Source of the DNA: Diplonema japonicum
Taxonomy: Eukaryota; Protista; Euglenozoa: Diplonemea
Length of the DNA stretch: 64,000 bases
Assembly (NCBI GenBank): GCA_964019335.1
Contig: OZ025708.1
Coordinates: 124,001-188,000 of the forward strand
Direction of reading: 5' to 3'
Shown: positions 34,830-46,187 of the stretch, one piece after another
How the letters are laid out: the number at the start of each line of letters is the position of its first letter
Numbering within the stretch: the first letter of the stretch is position 1
Program-made: the position numbers and the translations under genes
Notes under the pieces: generated by a model
Databases searched by the model: none
The model's input: the letters and a program-made list of their open reading frames with translations, nothing else
Told to the model about the DNA's origin: nothing

Positions 34830-37800
34830 CTACTCGTTATCGGGGACAGAGGGACAGGCAGAGTTGCCGTCATGAGTCTCGCTCACCCTCAAAGGGCTGA
34901 GCGAGGCACTGTCATGACTCCCGCTCGCCCCCAAAGGGCTGAGGGTGTTCTGCTTGCTGACGTCGAGCCCCTGAATGCGGGGAGGCAACTGGCCCTTCAG
35001 AGATGCGATTTTCTCGGGCTGGTGGGGAGCGGGAGGGGGGACCTGCTGCTTCGGGTTGAGGTTAGGGACAATTGTTGGGTTTGCCTCTCGTTTCTTCAGT
35101 GCCTGAAGGATTCTTCGCAACTTGACATTCTCCGCCTTTGTTTCAACAAGCTCTTGGTGCAGATCAGGGAGCGCGTTTCCTTTTAGGACACCGCCCTGGA
35201 AAGCCCCACGCACCAGCCGGCACGCCTCCAAGAGGTGCAGCTCTTCCTCTTGGAACTCCCATATCTTCTTCAGGTCCTTTCCGCTGTGGGTGATGCGGGA
35301 CAGGGCGTCAATGTTTTGCTGCGAGGACCCTGTCAGCTCCACCCCCGCCATCGCCCGTGTTAGCATTTGGATCTGCCGGAACTCCTTCCGCCCCATCAGC
35401 ATCTTGAACATCCGCCGACGTTTCTCCAGCTTGCGAAGCAGCACTTGCGCCGCCATTTCCTCGGTGAAGTCATCGTCGGGACCCAGCCCCAGTTTCTCCC
35501 TCAGCCCGGGGCCTTCGTCTTTCCTGTGCTGCATGAACTGGATGATCAGGTCCTTTGCCTCGCGTGCCTTCCGTTCTGCGATCGCGTGTTTCCGAAGCTT
35601 GTAGAGAATCAACGCGCACACAATGATCACCAGCAGCAGCCCGCCCACCGTGCTCAGCACTGTAGTCAACACTGACGTGCTGCTGTACACATCGCCGTAC
35701 ACTGCGAACACCGCGTTGTTCGCGACGGAGCACACACGTGTCGTAACTAGCTTGCTGCCTGCGTCCAGCTCACGCAGCTGCGTCTCCTGAGGGCACGTCT
35801 TGTGTGCGTCCTTCCAGCCAGAGCCGTCTAGTACCATCAGTCGCACAGTCCTTGTGTCCACCGGAAGCTTCTCCGGTGTGTGCACCCATGTCGTCTCCAC
35901 CGTGAGATACGATACGAACTGGATCGATGCAGGCGCCTGCTCGGACTGCAGCACCTCGTACCCCCTTCCTGCAGTCCCGTTCCCCACGCTGTCATTCCCC
36001 TGTATCGTGGGGGAAGGTGTTGCACCCACTTCCAAGCCGTAAGTCACAGTGAAGCTGAACACGAAGCTGCATTCCAAAAACACGGTATTGAGGGGCCCGC
36101 TCCGCCTTGGGTGTGTCTTGTCCGTGTCGTCCACTTTCTTCAGCATCAGGTTGATGCCTGTCCCTGGTGGCGTCAGCGCCTGTGCATCTGCCATCAACTG
36201 CACAGTGGTCGTGTAGGTCAGGTTCCCTGTGTCGTACTCATGTAGAGTCCCCGACGCTGTAAAGGCCTGTCCCGAAGAGGTAGCTTGGAGACAATTGTCC
36301 GCCGAGCACGAGCAGTCTATCCCAGCGTAGTCTGCAGCACACGTGGCGCAGTTCGGCGTTGCGTCGGGATCCGTCGAAGCCCATGCAGTGTCACAAGAGC
36401 AGCCTGTCAGTGAGCACACACCATGCCCGTTGCAGGTAGGCGTGTCGCACAGGCAGTACGGGTAGAAGGCCCACCCTGTCATGCAGCTCTTGCAGTGTGT
36501 CCCGTCCCCAGCAAAGTACCCCAACACAGGTGACGCATTACATGTGCAACCTAGCTCCTCGCACACTCCGTGCCCGTCGCAATCCCTTGACATGCACCTG
36601 CACCCCTTTCCGTACCAACCGTCTTTGCAGGTATCACACGTGTTATCAATTTGCTGCCAATGACCTGCAGACTTGCTATCGTCACACACGCAACCTTCCG
36701 TTGTGCACGTGCCATGCCCACTGCATGAGCTGTCCTTGCACCTGCACCCTGGTCCGTACCCAGTGCTGCACGTATTGCACAGCCCTTCAGCTGAAGACCG
36801 CCACCACCCGAAGATGCTCGATTGGTAGCATGCACAGCCTGCTGCCGTGTCGCACGTTCCATGCCCGCCGCACACGACGCTGCCTTCGATCCTGCAGTTA
36901 CACGCGGGGCCAGCCCACCCAGGCTGACACGTGGCACAGCTGTACTGTGATAGCTGCCAGTGGCCCCTCGCTTGCGAACTGTCGCAGACACAGCCGCCAC
37001 GGCGACACTCACCATGCCCGTGGCATGTCGCGTTCCTGCACTTGCAGTCAATGCCGTACCACCCCTGCTTGCAAACAGAGCAGTCGCGAAACAAGGTGAA
37101 GCTCCCCCAGTGCCCTTCGGTGTCGTCGTCGTCGCACTTGCACCCCGAGTCCGTGCACACGCCGTGCCCGTCGCAGTAGGGGTCTCCGCACCTGCAGGTG
37201 AGGCCGTAGTAGCCATCAGCACACGTCCTGCACGACTTACCCCCCCACCACCCTGTGGCTGAGGTGGATTGGCACTGACAGAACCCTGCACTGGGACCGG
37301 TGCTAGTGAAAGTCCCGTGGTAGGAGCATGAGCGGTCGACATCGCATGTCAGGGAGCCTGTTGCGTTCATACCCTGTGTGTTGTGTTGTGTTTTCTTCTT
37401 CTTTTTTTCCAAGTATACCACATGAGTGTTCTTACACAGCTCACATTTCGAGCCTGTCCAGAAGCCGTTCAGATAGTCCTCGAAGCAGCTGCACTTCTGC
37501 GTGGCAGCGTCGTAGCAGCCGTGGAAAGTGCACTCAACAGCGGCACTGTATTTGTATGTAGATTAAAAAAAAGCACCTACCTGCAAGAAGGAATCGAACA
37601 ATCAGCATGCTGGTACCCCGCGGCGCATTGGCAGTTCCTGACGGGGACTGTCGCAACGTCTACTTGCTCAAGAGTGGACATGCAGTCTCCGTTGCCGCTG
37701 CAGGAGTTCGGGCAAAACTGTACCGGGCACGCGGTGAAGAGGTTCTTGGTGACTGGACCCGTGACGACGATGCTGAAGGGCTGCCCCGAGCGGCGAACAG

Positions 37801-39904
37801 CATCGATCATAGAAGTGCGCAGAACAACGTGCAGCTGGTAGTTCCCAGGAAGGGGGTTCTGCACATTGATGCCCTCCACGTTGTTCAAGTGGTCGGTGTT
37901 CGTGAAGAGGTCCTGGTTCCCCTTCCACGTCTGCCCCACGTCGTTGAAGAGGATGAGGTCTAAGTCCGTAACGAGGGCGATAGAACTGAACAGCGTGGCA
38001 GGGTAGTCCACCCAAGCAAGGATGACCCTCAGGGGCTTTGTCTTGTCCACCACGTTGAGGACACTAAAGCACCATGTGTACCGTGCATTGGAAGCGTGCG
38101 TTGTGAAGACACCTGTTGTGTCGAACCACATGTCGTACTGCGGTACCATTGGCTTGTCGAAGACCATCACGTTCTGCAGGTTCACCAGCCCGTACCCTGC
38201 GATGCGGGACGGCCACGTTTTGTTCAGCGCCTCTCCCACAGGGTCGTTGAAGTCCAAGCTCTTCTTCCCATGTATAACATCCCCTGACGCTATCAGCAAC
38301 GCCTTGATCAGATCGCTTCGAGGTACCTGTATAGCGCCGTACCCGTCCATTACACCTGAAAGCCAACCCTCTCGAAGGAACTGTCTCAGCAGTACAGCGC
38401 ACCCTGCGGCAATAGGTGTCGAGACCGACCCGCCGCTGTGCAGTGTCGTCTGACACTCTTCTTTGTACATAAACCCGTTGGAGTATGCAGAGCGTACTGC
38501 GACCCCAGGGGCCACCACGTCTGGTTTCGTGCGACCGTCAAAAGCGGGGCCTGTTGATGAGAAGTCGGATACGTCTTGTGACACGGTCCCCTTCCCCGGG
38601 ACGATGCCGTCCTGTGTCCCCACTGTGATGACGTTCTTTGCGTTACCCGGAGATGAGATGGTCCGTGCACCCCGCCTCCCGTCGTTGCCCGCAGAGAATA
38701 CCATTGTGTACTCCTTGTGCTGCCACCCCCATGTGTCGGTGTCTCTCGCGTGCAAATTGTACGCGGCCTCCACTCTTGGGCCGTACCCGCCAGCACCCCA
38801 CGCATCGTCAGGGCCTGTGATAGGTGATGTTCCCCATGAACTTGAGTGCACGCGTGCCCCTGCCGCCAACGCTTCTTTGTAGTACTTCGCGGTGAGCTGA
38901 TGCCCGGGGAATATCTTCTTCAACGAAAAGGTAGAAAGGTACGGGTCTTGCAGGTCTTGAAAGAACAGTTTAGCTTTGGGCACCATGCCTGGTGTGCTTC
39001 CTGTTGCGAGGTCGTCTCCCACAAGACAGCCTGCTGCGTGCGTGCCGTGTCCGTCGACGTGGTCCGTCGTGTCGCCGTAAGGTGCGGAGAGGCCATCGGT
39101 GGTGGCACCTCGTTCCGTGCATTCACAGTCGGATTGCGAGATAGCAACGATCTTCCTATGCGTTGCGGAGGTGTTGGGGTAGTAGCTCACGGGCTCTCGG
39201 TGGTCGATGAAGTGGCACACTTCGTGGTCAAGACCCGTATCACCAATTGCCACCACCTCGCCTGCACCTGAAATACCCTTAGCAGAGGCGGTGGCTACAC
39301 CAGGCACACCTGTCTCAACAACACCTCTTATCTCTGTCATGAAGACGGATGGCGTTTCCTGCGGATGGACGAAGTGCACGTGGTTTTGATTTGTGAGGTA
39401 ACGTATGCTTGCATGTGTGGGCGGGCAGGTAGCGAGCTTGTACAGCTTTGGGGAGATGAGGGTGGAGGTGCATCCGATGGCCGTTGCCCATGTTGTGACA
39501 AGTGATTCGCTTGTTCTTGGAGACACGTGCACCATCAGTGTGGCAGCGGGCTCCATCCCTGAGTCATGCTTGTCGCCAGGCTGCAGCGCATCGAACCAGA
39601 TAGCCCACGGCACCTCGGCCATGAACCTTGCCACTTCCCCCCTGCTGCCGAACACCACGTAACTATTGTACGGTACGTACATCGCTTCCCCTCCAAACCG
39701 CCGTTCTAGCTCGTCCCCCACACCCTGCAAGTCCCCACGCCCCTTCACCACCCAGTGTGTCTCCTTCCCAGTTGCATCTAGCACTTCTGCCGCCCTCCCT
39801 CTTTCCACAATTCTCGCTTTCATGTGTACTTTGTCCCTGTCCGCAGGACCTTTCTTCTCTCCCACCGTGCCCGCTATCAGCACCAACAATAGTATTGCCA
39901 ACAT
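34830..39904 (-). CDS. Membrane-anchored subtilisin (S8, KP-43/TagC-like) with C-terminal jelly-roll, ~10 laminin/EGF-like repeats, TM and ~250-aa cytoplasmic tail; ~1,664 aa, 3 exons
   Basis: Signal peptide; IGDTG, GHGTH, SAGND, KPDVVAPG, SGGSVSTP; LAWVDYP/DLDL/NNVE; C.GHG.C....C.C....GHW repeats; TM VLSTVGGLLLVIIVCALILY. Exons 39904-37581, 37545-37419, 37373-34830. Confidence 0.85.
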
Positions 39905-40169
39905 ACTTTTTTTGGGAGGGACGCTCCTGATGTATTATTCTTTTAAGATTTCTCTTTTCTCTTAATGCAACATTAAAGAGCTGGCAGGGTGGTGGTGCGG
40001 TAAATAAACAAAGCGCAAGCGTGCTATACAGAAAAGGGAAAGAGGGGGGGGGGGGGGGGGACGGGGAAGAAGAAAGAGAGAAAAAAAGAAGTTCTGGGAA
40101 CAGTCGCAAGGACATGCTTATAAGGGGTACAGGACAAAACAATAAGGGGGATGGGGTACTAAGGAAAGG

Positions 40170-41465
40170 CTACAGGTTGTCAAGGGCAACCTCGTCGTTG
40201 TCGCAAGCGATGGCAGTGTTTTGCTTGCCGATCCTAGCCTTAGTAGCGGAGGCGCTAGAGCGGGCGGACCTATGCGAAATGCGGGAGGCGGTGTCCGAAA
40301 ACTCGATATCCACCACATCATTGTCGTTAACGATGGCAGTGTTCGGCTTGGAGGCGGGGGCCGTCTTGGGTGTGGCGGCAGGGGTGCCAAGGTCCAGCGA
40401 GACTTCATCGTTGTCGCAAGCGATGGCTGTGTTCCGCTTCCCCATCCGCGCCTTGGTTGCAGACGCAGACGATCTCATCGACCGCACGGATCGCACGGAG
40501 CCTGTCTCACCACCACCACCCCTTGATGACGCCACCGACTGCAGGTCCAGCGAAACCACATCATTGTCGCACGCAATGGCCGTGTTCTGCTTCCCCATGC
40601 GTGCCCTTGTTGCAGACGCAGACGACCGCACACTCGCAGTGTCAGCAGTCTTTGCAGGCGACGGTGATGGCATTGACATTGTCTCCTCGTAGTGCACGGG
40701 CTGCGTGGGTGCTGTGTACGGTGTGTTCGATGCCTCCGACTGCCTGCACATAGGGGGTGCTGCCTGTGTAACAGTCACAGGCACACCCTCGTACCCGCCC
40801 ACCTCTTGCTGCCTGTTGTAATCTGCCAACGTTGTGGCAGACAGTGCAGACGCTTCCGGTTGCGACGGTGCACGTGGGCTCTGCAGGCGGGTCATCTCCT
40901 TCAAAGTGATGGTATTGCCGCGCGGCTTCCTGCGAGGCTGGGTCTGTGTCTGGGGTGGCTGGCCGTCGAGGCGGCTTTGCAATTCAGCGTTCTGCAGGGT
41001 GAACTGGTGCAGGAGTTGGGTAGCATTGCGCAGCTCCTCGCGTGCTTGGTGCAGTTCGTACTCCTTGCGCTGGTCTGCTTGGAGGAGCTCACCACGGAGC
41101 AGGGCCACCTCGCTTTGGAGGGTGGCGTATCTGAAGTCGTCCGCAGAAGAGGGTGCGGAGGGCGAGGCCACCACGTTTCGTGGCGAGGCTCTGAGATCGA
41201 CCACGTAGTCACGTTGTGCCTCTGCGAAGATTCGCTGGGCTTCTCTTGCTGCTTCTTCAGGCGTCCCTGCTCTCTTGCTCCTTGCTCCCTTCTTCTGCAT
41301 AATTTGCCTGGCCGCTGTTTCAGCGTCTTGTGGTGTGACCGATCGATTGCGCCCTGTAGTCACAGCTGCCTGTACCACTGTCCCAACTGGCATAACGATC
41401 ATGGGTTCTTTGAACACCCATGCCATCGGCTTGGGTACTTGCCCGCTACCGCGTGCGACTTGCAT
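40170..41465 (-). CDS. Hypothetical 431-aa protein: coiled coil, disordered region and four C-terminal NTAIACDND.V.LD repeats
   Basis: Intact ORF with ATG after an A-run; heptad-like segment ~aa 110-165; repeats visible in the translation. Confidence 0.7.
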   Translation of the reverse strand: MQVARGSGQVPKPMAWVFKEPMIVMPVGTVVQAAVTTGRNRSVTPQDAETAARQIMQKKGARSKRAGTPEEAAREAQRIFAEAQRDYVVDLRASPRNVVASPSAPSSADDFRYATLQSEVALLRGELLQADQRKEYELHQAREELRNATQLLHQFTLQNAELQSRLDGQPPQTQTQPRRKPRGNTITLKEMTRLQSPRAPSQPEASALSATTLADYNRQQEVGGYEGVPVTVTQAAPPMCRQSEASNTPYTAPTQPVHYEETMSMPSPSPAKTADTASVRSSASATRARMGKQNTAIACDNDVVSLDLQSVASSRGGGGETGSVRSVRSMRSSASATKARMGKRNTAIACDNDEVSLDLGTPAATPKTAPASKPNTAIVNDNDVVDIEFSDTASRISHRSARSSASATKARIGKQNTAIACDNDEVALDNL

Positions 41466-41982
41466 TTTTTTTTTTTTCCTCCCACGGTGTCCCGCCTTGG
41501 GATGTTGATGTAAATGTTTATAATTTTTTTAGAAAAAGAAATAAAGGAAAATACTACTTTTTTCGTTCACTGAGAGGTTCCTTTGGTTGGAAAGAAACCA
41601 CCACGGAGGAGGGGGGAGGGGCAGGGAAGAAAGATAAAAGAAAAAAAGAGGGGAAAGAAAAAAAATTTAAATGAAAAAGAATAAAATAAAATTAACGTTG
41701 TCTTTTTTTTTTTTTTTTTTTTTTTTTTTTCCAGCAATGCAAAATTAGAGAAAACTAAATTAAAGGAACCTTCAAGAAGAACAAAAGAAAGCAGGAAGTT
41801 GGGAAGCGGTCCCAGTCCGAACTTTTATTTCTCCAGGTTACTCTTTTTTTTTTTTAATCTTGCAACATTTTTTTTTTTTTTTTTTTTTTTAAATGAGGGA
41901 ATCCAACAAAAAAAGCGAAATTAAAAAAATTTGAAAAGTAGGGGGAAAAGGGGGAAGAGCTTAAAGGAAGGGATCGAGAAGC

Positions 41983-42178
41983 TCACGCCTCCTCCTCCTC
42001 CTCCTCCTCAGAGGAAGCAGAGGCAGAGGCGGCCTTGGCCTCCTCCTCAGCCTTGGCCTTGGCGGCCTCCTCGATCTTGTCGTGCATCTCCTTCTCAGCC
42101 TTGTGGTTGGCACCCCAAGTGGCATCGTTGAAGGCCTTCACCTGTGAATGGGAGAAAAAAAAGAAAAGAATTGTTTTA

Positions 42179-42209
<31 letters not shown>

Positions 42210-42804
42210 TTTTTTTTAAATTATTCCCACACACCTCATCGATGTTGTCAGCGATGATGATGTTGTCGAAGATGCTGCCCGACTTCACCTGCCAGACGTC
42301 GATGCCCACAGCGGAGAGGGGCTGCCTTGCGAGGTACAGGTCGGAGTCGGCCTCGTACTCCGGGTTGGGGATCTGCTTGGGAGCCCACACACCCTTGTAG
42401 GCGGGGTTGGGGATCTTCTTCGCCTTCCACTCCCCCTTGTAGTTGGGGTTGGCGATCATGGGGGCCTCCCACTCACCGTCGTCCTCCTCATCCCAGTCCT
42501 CAGGCTTCTCCGCCTCAGGGTCCACCACCTTCTCGGGCTCCGAACCCCAGTCAGCCGGCTTCACGTCCTCAGGGTCGTCCATCTGGGCCTCGTCCACCCA
42601 GTCCGCGGGCTTCTTGTCACTCGCGTCGTCGATCTGCTTGGGCTTCAGGAAGGACCAGTCCTCCTCCAGGCTCCCGCTCTCCTTCTTCTCCCCGTCCATC
42701 TGCAACTCGTACGTGTTGTCGGGGTTCACGATCACAGTGTACAGATGGCTCAGCTTGTCGTCCCCGCACATAGGGGTCTTCTTCCACAGCAGGTTCTCAC
42801 CCTG

Positions 42805-42846
<42 letters not shown>

Positions 42847-43350
42847 CCCGTCTCCTTTTTCTCTCCAAAAATACCTTGTAACCGAAGATGAGGTGGATCT
42901 TCTTGGTGGAGCCGCAGATGTCAGGCCCGAACATCATGTAGTAAGGGGTCTCACCGTCGAAGTCCTCAAGCTCGATCTCGGGGAGGATCTTGATGTAGCC
43001 ACCACCGCAGTCGATACCCTGTTGTGGTGGTTGTTGTTGTTGTTTTGTAGGCATACCTGGGCGTGCTTCAGGGTGAAGGACACGACGAGGGGCTTGTCCT
43101 TGTTCCCGAAGGTCTTGGCGGCCTTGGACGAGATGGCGTAGAACTTGGCGTCCTCAGAGGTCTGGAGCCCCTTGTCGGCCTCCGCATCACCGTACCATTC
43201 GCCTGCGCTGTGCGTGAACTGCCCGAGGCCTTCCTTCTTCTTGCTCACCACCCACCTGTCCGCCCACGAGCCGTCGAAGGTCTCCTTGAAGAACACCTCA
43301 CCGTTCGCCAGGACGGCGGCGGTGCTTGCAAGCAACAATGCTCTGTGCAT
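41983..43350 (-). CDS. CRT: Calreticulin, ~387 aa, 4 exons
   Basis: Signal peptide, GLQTSEDAKFYAIS, IDCGGGYIK, YYMMFGPDICG, P-domain repeats KP.DW/G.W..P.I.NP.Y, WQVKSGSIFDNI. Exons 43350-43057, 43018-42875, 42801-42235, 42141-41983. Confidence 0.95.
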
Positions 43351-43943
43351 CTTGTGATAACCTTAAAAGAAAATGAACTAGGACACCAAAGAGAGATGAA
43401 TTTTGAAAAAAAAAAGGGGGTGGGAGGGGAGAAAAGGATCATAAGAATCTGCTTTGACTGGGATTACCTCGTCGAAAAAAAAAATACCCCTCCCCTTTCG
43501 ATGACAAAAGAATAATAAAAAAGAGGACACTATTTTCAGGGAATGGAGACAAATAATATGAAAAAGAAGAAAATAAAAATAGCTTTTTTTGCGCATGCTG
43601 CATTTGTTGTTTTCTTTTTTTTTTTTTTTTTTTCCCTCAATACTTCCTATTCTTGTTCACATGTTCCCTCGCCTTGCACCTCCTCTCTACCCTTCCCCGC
43701 TCACTCAGGTTTGCCACAAAGAAAAATCTTAAGGTCAGAAGAGAACAAAAAAAAAAAAAATGGGTAGAAAATAATTTCAAAAAAAAAAAAAAATAATCAA
43801 AGAGGGAAAACCAGGGGGGAGGAGGGGAGAGGAAGGAGTACAGGAGGAGAACCTAGGAAGTATACTTACAGCGCAAAAAAAAAAAAAAAACTATGGAAAA
43901 GAAACACTAACCCCCCCCCCCCCCCCCCTCTTTCTCCCATTCA

Positions 43944-45907
43944 TCAGACAAAAACATCGAGGTTGTACTCCATGAAGGAACAGGGGTAGGAAATGCCGAA
44001 AGATTTCAAGACCTGTTTTTTTTTTTTTTTTTTTTTTTTTAATTCCCCCCCACCAAATCAGTACCATAGGGTGCACGACGCCCATGCTTCCAATTTTCGC
44101 GTTGCGGTAGAATAAGTCAACCTGCCACTTAGGATAGAACGCTTTATCTGTGTTGTTTTTTTTTTTTTTTTTTTTCTCCCTCCCCTTCCATTTCTTCACA
44201 CCATCCGCACTAGCTTCGAAGTAGTACCCATCAGGGTTCGCCGCAGATTTCGGCTTGATGCCCATTCGCAGCATCGTGTGCTCGAATGTTCCATGTATGA
44301 TATCGAACCCTGTGCCGTCCACAGCAATGCGAGCAGCGCAGACACGGGACTCGTTTCTGATTTTTTTTTTTTTTTCTTTTCGCACACCTGCACCCGATCC
44401 TGTCGTCTTCATCAACAAGAACAACATCTGTGATCTCAAAGAGTTGGATAGGCATGGGCCTGTCCTTCATGTTGGAAAGCGTCTTCAGCGTGCCGGGCAG
44501 CAGCGATGGCCTGCACACCTCGAACTCCTTCGTCTTTGGGTCCTTAATTGAAACAACTCCCTTCTTGTAAAACCCGTCCCCCCGGTGGCACATTGTTGTT
44601 GCCTCCGCCTCGGAGCAGAGCGAGAACGTGAGCATTTCGGTGAACCCGGCAAGGCCGATTTCAGTACGAAGCAGGTGTTTCAACATTTCGCTGGGCTGTT
44701 GCTTGCCGTAAGTCAGCGTTGTAGGCGGTTTCGCCTCAGAAAGAAGCCTGTTGTAACCGTAAGCAATTGCGACATCCTCCATTATGTCCGCCTCGTGGAG
44801 GATGTCGGCACGTGTGATGGGAACCTTCACGGTGATTGTTTCATCGTCATCAGAGGCAGTCGCTTCAAGAAGCATCTTACTGAGGAGCTTGCAGATCTCT
44901 GTCCCGTCAACATCGATCCCAATGGATTTGTTGATGTATGCCTTCTTCACCTGGAACACCTTGCAGGATAGATCAGGGGTCACAATGGCCTTGTCGCTCA
45001 GCCATTCGAGCTTCTCTGGGTACTCCACCTGAACAGGTTCAATGTGAAACTCTTCCGTAGAATACTGCGAAAAGGCCGACACGATCATATTCAGCACAAT
45101 GTTCGCCTTGTTGAAGTCCACAGCAGTGCACTCGATGAATACGTCACGGGTATCGAGTGAGATTTTAGAGTGGTCGGAGTTGATAATAGGAGGAAGCGAC
45201 ATCAATGTTCTGTTGGAATCGTACACCGCAGGGAAGCCATCGAACTTGCTAATGAGCGGGACGTACTTCCCAATGTGCAGGTCGGACGCGTAGTACTTTT
45301 CAATATCCGTCCCAACCAGGTTCCCCCGGCCGTTGTGCGCGAGGGGAAGGAAATTAATATCGGCTTTTGGCGTGGCCTCGTACTTGAAAGGACCTTTTAC
45401 GGTGGAGAGATCGTGGGTGCCGACAGAAACGAGGGTACGCTTCCTTGCGATATTGTGATGCAGTTTCTCCTGAAGGTCTATGAATGACTTGTAGGACTCT
45501 TCCGTGAACTTCACCCCGCGCAATATCGCGCACACGACATAGGGTCTGATGGGAAGGATGCTTGGATCGACGGTCATCACCTCCTTGGGTTTTTCACATA
45601 GGTGTTTGTACACCGGGGGGGGCTTCTTCCCCAGGAAGACGAGCAGTGCGGACACCAGTCCCTCCAGGCACAGCAGGTCGTATCTGTTTGCAGGCAGGTC
45701 GATCTTGTATATCTCCTCGTCGGAAAGCTCTTGCAGCCTCTCTTCCTTTGCGTTCTCCCCTACCTCTCGGAGGTACATCTCCCTCTCCGAGGTGACCTCA
45801 TCGAGCTCGATACCGAAGTCGAAGCACAGGTCCGTGAACTCTTCCCTGGTGTACACCTTCATCAGGCGCTCCATCAACAGACGGCTCCTGCATTGCAAAA
45901 TAGGCAT
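43944..45907 (-). CDS. FARSB: Phenylalanyl-tRNA synthetase beta subunit, ~608 aa, 4 exons
   Basis: LCFDFGIELD, DLPANRYDLLCLEG, FIDLQEKLHHN, GTHDL, LPPIINS.HSKI, TRADILH..DIMEDVAIAYGYN. Exons 45907-44388, 44356-44202, 44147-44065, 44012-43944. Confidence 0.95.
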
Positions 45908-46187
45908 TTTTTTTTTGTTCCCTCCTTTTTTTTTTACCTCCCCCTCCCTGCTGCGTTTTTGTTGTTGTTGTTTGGGAAAAGAAGAAGGAGAAGAAGAAGA
46001 AGCAGGGGCGGCGGGGGGGAAAAAAAGAACTACATGGATACCGGGGATCATTGGGGGAAAGGGGGGGGGTTTAATCTAATGGAAATAATATAGTATACAA
46101 CAATGGAAACAAACAAAGAAAGAAGAAGGGAAAAAAAAAGAAATAATAGGAGAGGTAAGGTTAACCCTCCCTTTTTCTTTTCAAACG

